Shown here piece after piece: positions 57,645-64,000 of a DNA stretch of 64,000 nt. The notes under the pieces were generated by a model. It had not been told where the DNA came from and did not search any database. It saw nothing but the letters and a program-made list of their open reading frames with translations. The DNA lies in assembly GCA_037445735.1 (NCBI GenBank), contig JBBIJY010000002.1, positions 96,001 through 160,000 of the forward strand, in the 5' to 3' direction. Source of the DNA: Armatimonadota bacterium. Its GTDB lineage: Bacteria; Armatimonadota; Fimbriimonadia; Fimbriimonadales; GBS-DC. Position 1 is the stretch's first letter; each line of letters opens with the position of its first letter. Position numbers and translations under genes: made by a program.

Positions 57645-58490
57645 TCAGGCAGAGCGGTGGTAGAGACCTTCAAAGCGCAGGGTTGCGGGACCCGTCAGCT
57701 GGATGGGGGCGCCAGGCTCCCACTCGACGGTCAGCACGCCGCCGCGCGAGCGCACCTCCACCGGGTTGCTCGCCCAGTTAGCAAGGCGCGCCAGCACGGC
57801 GACCGCCGCCGCGCCGCTGCCACAGCCCTGCGTCTCGCCCACCCCGCGCTCCCAGATGCGCACAGCGAAGCGGTTCGGCGACTCCACCAGTGCCCACAGC
57901 ACGGTGGTGCGCTCCGGAAACAGCGGATGGGTCTCGATGCGCGGACTGATCTGCTCAAACAGCTCATCGTCGGGCAGGCGGTCGGTGAAGATGACGCTGT
58001 GGGTTGTGCCCGTGTTGACCGCCCACAATCGAACCTCGCGCCCGCTCACGATTAACGGGTAGTCCAGCACCTGCTCGCCCTCCACCAGCATCGGGATGTC
58101 GCGCGGGTGAAAGCGCGGCGGCGGTAGCTCGGTCGTGATCGACTCCACCGCACCATTGTGCAGGTTCAGGCGCACGGGCACCACACCGCTGACGGTCTCG
58201 ATGGCGAACTGGGGCGTGTCCACATAGCCATGCTCATAGGCGAATCGGGCGACACAGCGCAATCCGTTACCGCAGAAGTCTTCCGTGCCGTCGGGATTGA
58301 ACATCCGCATGGCAAGCGCTTCGCGCTCGCCCCTGCCGACTATCAGCAAGCCGTCGCTGCCGATACCCAGCGGACGCTGACATAGCTGCTGCGCCAGTGC
58401 AGGCAGGTTCTCGCCCTGCACGGAATCGGCGTCCACCAGCACAAAGTCGTTGCCGACCGCCTCCACTTTCCAGAAGCGCAATCGGCGCAT
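57645..58490 (-). CDS. dapF: Diaminopimelate epimerase
   Basis: GNDFVLVD, GIGSDGL, NPDG.EDFCGNGLRC, WERGVGETQGCGSG. Confidence 0.9.
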   Translation of the reverse strand: MRRLRFWKVEAVGNDFVLVDADSVQGENLPALAQQLCQRPLGIGSDGLLIVGRGEREALAMRMFNPDGTEDFCGNGLRCVARFAYEHGYVDTPQFAIETVSGVVPVRLNLHNGAVESITTELPPPRFHPRDIPMLVEGEQVLDYPLIVSGREVRLWAVNTGTTHSVIFTDRLPDDELFEQISPRIETHPLFPERTTVLWALVESPNRFAVRIWERGVGETQGCGSGAAAVAVLARLANWASNPVEVRSRGGVLTVEWEPGAPIQLTGPATLRFEGLYHRSA

Positions 58491-58498
58491 CCGTTCGC

Positions 58499-58951
58499 TC
58501 ACCGCTGTTTCAGCGCCTCCCGGATCTCCTTCTCGAACTCGGCGTAGGTGCGCGAACCCGACCACGCCTTCAGACGCTTGCCCGACTTGCTGTAGAGGTA
58601 GGTGCGCGGCACCTCACCGCCCCATTCGCTATCGAAGCCGCGAATGAACTGGTCGGAATCCTGATCCAGTACCAGCACGGGGAAGGTCGCGCGCATTCGC
58701 TTCAGAAACGGCTGAACGACCTCGTCGGCGGTTTCAGGGTCATCCACCGAGACGGCGATGACCATCACGCCCCGCTTGCGATAGGTGTTGTAGAGCCTGA
58801 CCAGCGCGGGGAACTCCTCCACGCAGGGCTGGCACCATGTCGCCCAGAAGTTCAGCAGGACGACCTTGCCCTTCTGTTTTGTCAGCCGCGCCCGCAAATC
58901 GCGCAGGTTGGTGCGCGGCAACCGCTTCGATTGAAACCCGAACAGAGCCAT
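58499..58951 (-). CDS. TlpA/ResA-family thioredoxin-like disulfide reductase
   Basis: KGKVVLLNFWATWCQPCVEEFP; no obvious membrane anchor. Confidence 0.85.
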   Translation of the reverse strand: MALFGFQSKRLPRTNLRDLRARLTKQKGKVVLLNFWATWCQPCVEEFPALVRLYNTYRKRGVMVIAVSVDDPETADEVVQPFLKRMRATFPVLVLDQDSDQFIRGFDSEWGGEVPRTYLYSKSGKRLKAWSGSRTYAEFEKEIREALKQR

Positions 58952-58953
58952 CG

Positions 58954-60999
58954 TTATTGACCTCCATCGTTGTGAGTGGTTGCGGGCGGATCGCGCCACA
59001 CGCCATCGGCTTTGAGCAGCGCGATCAGCTCTTCCACGCCGCGCTCGGCGGGAATATCGTTTTTGACGAGTTGCCCTTTGCGATAGAGCGCGATTTTACC
59101 CGACCCGCGCCCCACATAGCCATAATCTGCATCCGCCATTTCACCTGGTCCGTTCACAATGCAGTTATGCACCACGCAGAGTGAGCCGACATAGGTGTGC
59201 GCGTGCGCCACCTCCAGGTTGTGAACCGTGCCCCGATAGGGAAGGCGCCTCACTGCTGCAACGGGCAGATAGAGGTAGCGTGAATCGAGCACGAGCCGCC
59301 CCGTACGCTGACGGCTTTCAGGCACTTCCACCTTGAAGCCGAGGCGGTCGGCAAATCGCCGCAGCCCATCACCGCTGGTGACGCTGATGATGTATGTGCG
59401 CTGGCGGTTTGCAGGTTGCCTGACCGTCAGCGACGCTGGTATCCCCAGCCGCAGAAGCAGCTGGTGAACGACAAAGGCGAGCGCTGGCGAAACCGTCACA
59501 TAGCTGGCACGCGGATAGCCCCTGACCACCCCACAATAGCCATCGCACCGCCAGAGCTTCTGCAGGTACTCTATAATCTGCTTTGCTTCGTCAGGGACGC
59601 GCTCCGATATCTGGTTCTCTTTCAGCACAGGGTAGAGCAGTACATGATTGCGGGTAATCTCCTGCGCCGGGTACCAGCGTGCCTCCTGCCAGCGATTGAT
59701 GAGGTCTGCCATGTTTTGCCAGCGTGGTCGGTCGCCTTTAATTGTGCAGGAGCGGGTGAGCGCCAGCACGGGGTGATTGGGCGTCAGGCGCAGGGGCGGT
59801 GCGCCGCGCGGCACAATCTCTATCAGCTCGCCCTCGAATGAATGGCTCTCGATGGCGGATACAGGCTCCAGCGTGCCCTGCTCGGTCAGCACGCGCTCGC
59901 CCACCTGAATCCGATGAATGGGTTTCAGCCCCGTCTCGGTCATCACGGGCTGGTCGGGTGGCAGGCAGCCCATCACGGCGATGTCCAGTCCCACCAGGTG
60001 CCTGGTGGCTTCGCGCACCTGGTTCAGCACGGTTGGCAGGTCAAACTTGGTGCGTCCGCAGGAGGGGCAGGCGATATACTCCACTTTGGTCTTGCGCAGT
60101 CCCAGCGCCTGCAGGATGTCGTAGCACGCCTCAATCTCGTTCAGCGGGTCTTCGGCGAGCGAGACGCGAATGGTGTCGCCAATGCCTTCTGCCAGCAGGG
60201 TGCCGATGCCGATCGCGCTCTTGATACGGGCGTACATCCCATCGCCCGCCTCGGTTACGCCCAGATGCAGGGGGTAGTCCATGCCCAGCTGGTTCATGCG
60301 CTCCACCATCAGGCGGTTTGCCGAGAGCATCACAGGCACACGGCTCGCCTTGAGCGAGATGACAATATCTTTGAAGCCGTGCGACTCGCAGATGCGAATA
60401 TACTCTAATGCCGATTCGACCATTCCGACGGGCGAGTCGCCGTACATCACCTTGATGCGCTCCGAGAGGCTGCCGTGATTGACGCCGATGCGCATGGCGA
60501 CGCCGCGCTCCTTGCAGGCGCGGATCACGGGCAGGAGCGCCTGCTCGATGGCTTCCAGCTCCTGCTGAATCTCGCTCGGGCTGTATTCCACGCGGCTGGG
60601 GTCAGGCTTGCGGAACACGAACAGCCCCGGATTGATGCGAATCTTCTCCACATGTTTGGTGCATTCGAGGGCGATCTCCATGCCCTGGTGATGCACATCG
60701 GCGACGAGCGGGATGTGCCCGTAGCCGCGCCGTCGCAGCTCGGCTTTGATTTCGCCGAGGTTTTGCGCCTCGCGCAGGTTAGGCGCAGTGACACGCACGA
60801 TTTCCGCACCCGCCTCGTAAAGCTGGATAATCTGCTCGACGGCGGCGGGCGTGTTCATCGTCTCGGCGGTGATCATCGTCTGCACACGGACGGGATTGTT
60901 CCCCCCAATCCCGATATCGCCCACCCGGACCTCGCGCGTCTTGCGACGGCGATAGGTGTTCGGCAGTTGCACCCCTGTCAGCGGAACGAACGCACTCAT
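58954..60999 (-). CDS. ispG: (E)-4-hydroxy-3-methylbut-2-enyl-diphosphate synthase IspG, intein-containing
   Basis: [39 protein letters not shown], and [12 protein letters not shown] split by a 268-aa insertion. Confidence 0.95.
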   Translation of the reverse strand: MSAFVPLTGVQLPNTYRRRKTREVRVGDIGIGGNNPVRVQTMITAETMNTPAAVEQIIQLYEAGAEIVRVTAPNLREAQNLGEIKAELRRRGYGHIPLVADVHHQGMEIALECTKHVEKIRINPGLFVFRKPDPSRVEYSPSEIQQELEAIEQALLPVIRACKERGVAMRIGVNHGSLSERIKVMYGDSPVGMVESALEYIRICESHGFKDIVISLKASRVPVMLSANRLMVERMNQLGMDYPLHLGVTEAGDGMYARIKSAIGIGTLLAEGIGDTIRVSLAEDPLNEIEACYDILQALGLRKTKVEYIACPSCGRTKFDLPTVLNQVREATRHLVGLDIAVMGCLPPDQPVMTETGLKPIHRIQVGERVLTEQGTLEPVSAIESHSFEGELIEIVPRGAPPLRLTPNHPVLALTRSCTIKGDRPRWQNMADLINRWQEARWYPAQEITRNHVLLYPVLKENQISERVPDEAKQIIEYLQKLWRCDGYCGVVRGYPRASYVTVSPALAFVVHQLLLRLGIPASLTVRQPANRQRTYIISVTSGDGLRRFADRLGFKVEVPESRQRTGRLVLDSRYLYLPVAAVRRLPYRGTVHNLEVAHAHTYVGSLCVVHNCIVNGPGEMADADYGYVGRGSGKIALYRKGQLVKNDIPAERGVEELIALLKADGVWRDPPATTHNDGGQ
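59164..59967 (-). mobile_element. Intein (268 aa) with a partial LAGLIDADG-like endonuclease remnant
   Basis: Block A CLPPDQPV, block B LTPNHP, block F VHNLEV...HTYV, block G VVHN followed by Cys+1. Internal [10 protein letters not shown] and [17 protein letters not shown] resemble endonuclease blocks E and H. Confidence 0.93.
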
Positions 61000-61036
61000 G
61001 CCGTTAAAAGTTTACCTGACCCACCGCCTGCCCGAT

Positions 61037-61073
61037 AAAAACGCCCTCTCTCCCATCTCAGGGAGGGAGGGCG
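61037..61073 (-). terminator. Rho-independent terminator for the WD40-dockerin gene
   Basis: CGCCCTCTCTCCC-ATCTCA-GGGAGGGAGGGCG stem preceded by AAAAA, i.e. a U-tract on the minus strand. Confidence 0.7.
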
Positions 61074-61095
61074 CTGTGGGAGGCGATGTCACTGT

Positions 61096-63201
61096 TCAGC
61101 AGCCCGCGCTGTAGTTGAACAGCACGATCAGCAGGTCGGCGTCGTCCACGCGCCCGTCATCGTTCAGGTCGCCGTCCGTGCGGTACTGCCCGTAGTTGAA
61201 CAGCACGATCAGCAGGTCGGCATCGTCCACACAGCCGTTGCCATCGGCGTCCCCATCCAGAATCGGGCTGCGAGCCACCATGAGGCTGCCGTCTTCGAGC
61301 TGAAGCGCGTAGCGACTCTCATCTCGCGAGACCCGCAGCTGACTGACAATCAGCCCGCGCGTTGAGATGCTTCGATAGTAGCCGGTGGCGGGCGGCACGG
61401 GGATAAAATCAACCCCTGCACTGCCAACAGCCAGATATCGCCCGTTCTTGACGAACTGAACCACAGGCAGCCAGCCGTACCACGGGGTGTCCACGAGGAA
61501 CTCGCCGTTTACAATATCCCAGAGTTCAACCCGCCTCGGTATCGCCACTGCCAGGAACCGCTTATCGGGCGAGAGGGCGAGCTGATAGACTTCGATATCC
61601 CCGCTGTATGCTATCTGCCAGCGGATGGCGCCCGTTGCAAGGTCCACAAGACGGATGGAGGAGTCGGTATCGGCGTAAGCCAGCAGGGTGCCATCGGCGG
61701 AGAGCGTGGCTATATGCGCCCAAACAGGCGCCTGATAGACAGTTGTGCCTGTCAGGGTGTCCAGCACCAGCAGCGGCGCTGAACCGTACACGGTTAGTCG
61801 CGATCCATCTGCCGAGAAGGTCAGTTTTGCCCCCGGGTATGCAAGCGGTACCTGCCACATCCGCTGCGCGTCGCTCAGGCGATAGAGGGCGAGCTGGCTG
61901 GGGTCAGCCGTGGGAACCGCCAGATAGTCCGAATCGGGTGAGAAGGTCGCGTTTGACCAGTCGGCGCTGGGCGGGAGCGTCAGGATCGGCGTGCCGTCGG
62001 CGGAGCGAACGACATCCTGCGTGGTCAATATCCAGCGCCCATCGGGCGACATGCGCACGGCGGGCGCCATCAGCGGTACATTTCGCACGAAGCGTCCCTG
62101 CCCGTCGTGCAGCGCGGGCAGTTGCGCACTGCCGACCGCCCACACCCACAGGTTGCGGCTGTCGCCGTCGAACGCGCCCAGCTGCCAGTGGCGCGCCACG
62201 ACGGCTTCAAACTGGAGATGCGGCAGGGACAGGCGGTCGATCTGATCGTTTGGACCGCCCGTGTAAAGGTGCTGCCCATCGGGGCTGACGGTCATGCCCC
62301 GAATCGGGTAGACGGTTCCGCCCTCTTCAGCGGGGTAGAGATTGGGTACGGTGTAGAGGCGCAGCGTATTGCCCATCCAGTTGGGTAGGGGCGCATAGTC
62401 CGCCACCAGATGGCTCCCGTCAGGCAGGAAAACAAGCAACGAGGCAGGGTCGGGACGATGAAACAGCTGCCCGTCCGCCAGCCGCTTGAGCCAGACGCCA
62501 TCGCGGGCAGCAACCGCCAGATACGCGCCATCGGGTGAGAACGCGACATCGCGCGCGGGCACCTGCCAGTAATCCACCAGCCTGCGGGTGGCAACCTCCC
62601 ACACGCTCACGAAGCCGTTGCACACCGCCAGCAACCGCCCATCGGGGGAGAACACCACTCGCTCAACAAAGTTGTATCCGCACCCACCTGGCAGGCACTG
62701 CTGGGATGCGCCAAACAGGGTGACCAGCCAGAAGCTGTTGTTCGCACTGCCAGCGGCAAGCGGCAAGCCCAGCGGCGAGATGTCGAGCGAGACACCATAC
62801 ACATATTAGTGGGCAATCAGATTCCAGTCGGGCACTGACCAGAGCGCCAGGGATGTTTGCAGACCGATGGTGGCAGCCGCGGTTCCATCAGGTGAGAAGG
62901 CTATCCCGTTGGTCTGATAGAAACCTGCTTGACCGACTCGCCATGAGTGGAGGGGCAGAACGGTCTGGTTCGTCCGCAGGTTCCAGACTTTGAACAGGGT
63001 GTAGGGTGGCTCGTACCAGGAGCGTCCTTCGCCTGTGGCGAGCCACTGTCCATCAGGCGAGATCGCGAGCGCTCCAGCGGGCGTGGAGCGCCCTTCCAGC
63101 TTCCACACAAGGCGCGGGTCTTCCACCTGCGCCAGCAACACTGCCATGCTGACGCCCGCCATCAGCAGGCAACTTAACCCTTTCGCAACAGCTGCTCGCA
63201 T
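61096..63201 (-). pseudogene. Secreted WD40 beta-propeller protein with C-terminal dockerin-like domain, interrupted by one in-frame TAA at 62806-62808
   Basis: ORFs 62806..63201 (signal peptide) and 61096..62802 share a frame: ...WNLIAH*YVYGVSLDISP... Repeated FSPDG blades; GDADGNGCVDDADLL tail. Confidence 0.7.
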
Positions 63202-63332
63202 GATGCCCTCCTGTCCATCGGCAAGCGCCGATTCTCGCAGCGGCTGGCTTATTATACTCCATCAATAATAAAGCAGGCAAGCCCATGAGTGCTGAAGCCT
63301 GCCTGCAAGCGGGTGTTGCCAATGGGGACGAG

Positions 63333-63992
63333 CTATTTCCGCTCGTTGATGGGCTTGCCCTGGAGCGGGGAGAGCTGTTCCGCCTTTCTGGCGTAGGTTT
63401 CGGGGTCGGCAAGGAACTTGCGCCGGCAGCTGCTGCAGCACACATAGTAGCGCTTGCCATTATACTCGAAAGCAATCGCCTCGTCAGGGGTGATCTCCTC
63501 CTCCGACACAGGGCAGAACAGTTTCGCCGTCTGATCAGCTTGCTGTTCGCTGGACGGTTGATTATTGCCCGGATTGACGGACGGATTCGTCCTGCTCTCC
63601 TTGCTGGATGCAGAGGGCGTGCTGCAACAGCCTTTGTTAGCCGCTGTGCCCTTCTCAGCTGCGCAGCAGCTCCCACCGCTCGCCTTCTCCGCGCTGCAGC
63701 AGGCTTTGCTGGCGCTGCTGGTGTTGCTTGCGGGGGCAGGCTTGCGGTTGAGATAGGTGGCGGGCGACGCCTTGAACCTGGTCAGGCAGTCCTTGCAGCA
63801 GAAGTAGTAGGTCTTGCCCCGATAGGTGTAGCGCGGGGCGCGGGCGGTGTTTTTAATCGCCTCGCCCGAAACGGGGCAGGTAATGGCGGGCTTTTTCACC
63901 GTCGTATCTGCCTTTTTCGTCTGCTGATATGCGACTGCACCCAGAATCAGCCCTGCGGTTAAAAGCAGACTCAGAATCGCTCGATTGCTCAT
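63333..63992 (-). CDS. Exported protein with two YHS/TRASH-like metal-binding domains
   Basis: Signal/anchor; CPVSGE...YRGKTYYFCCKDC and CPVSEE...YNGKRYYVCCSSC; three CC pairs in the linker. Confidence 0.8.
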   Translation of the reverse strand: MSNRAILSLLLTAGLILGAVAYQQTKKADTTVKKPAITCPVSGEAIKNTARAPRYTYRGKTYYFCCKDCLTRFKASPATYLNRKPAPASNTSSASKACCSAEKASGGSCCAAEKGTAANKGCCSTPSASSKESRTNPSVNPGNNQPSSEQQADQTAKLFCPVSEEEITPDEAIAFEYNGKRYYVCCSSCRRKFLADPETYARKAEQLSPLQGKPINERK

Positions 63993-64000
63993 TTGGTTAG

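Noticed and set aside
62806-62808. Selenocysteine or pyrrolysine recoding at the WD40 internal stop
   Set aside because: The codon is TAA, not TGA or TAG.

Overview
GC-rich bacterial chromosomal segment. It is probably Armatimonadota/Fimbriimonadia; this is inference from the recurring C-terminal 'DDADLL' dockerin-like tails, a DUF6785/6784-type membrane protein and the pilin style. Most of the window is scattered housekeeping genes (acyl-CoA synthetase, radA, plsY, trpE, gcvT, radC, dnaG plus a sigma70 factor, queG, tRNA-Ser(GCT), prmC, gap, dapF, ispG). The most notable items are: (1) a 268-aa intein inserted in IspG directly in front of the third Fe-S-ligand Cys; (2) an ~18.6-kb minus-strand cluster of four prepilin-like genes, three of them greatly oversized (pilV/W/X-like), followed by two giant secreted beta-propeller proteins; (3) a PlsY fused to a degenerate AMMECR1-like domain; (4) a Hen1-Pnkp RNA-repair operon next to a vapBC-like module bracketed by identical 47-bp REP-derived direct repeats; (5) two repeat-expanded coiled-coil proteins with PD-(D/E)XK-like tails; (6) a divergent RpoD-like sigma factor; (7) many apparent leaderless promoters; (8) a WD40-dockerin gene split by one in-frame TAA. 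No CRISPR array, rRNA, integrase or transposase was recognised. All calls are by-eye motif recognition; no database searches were run.
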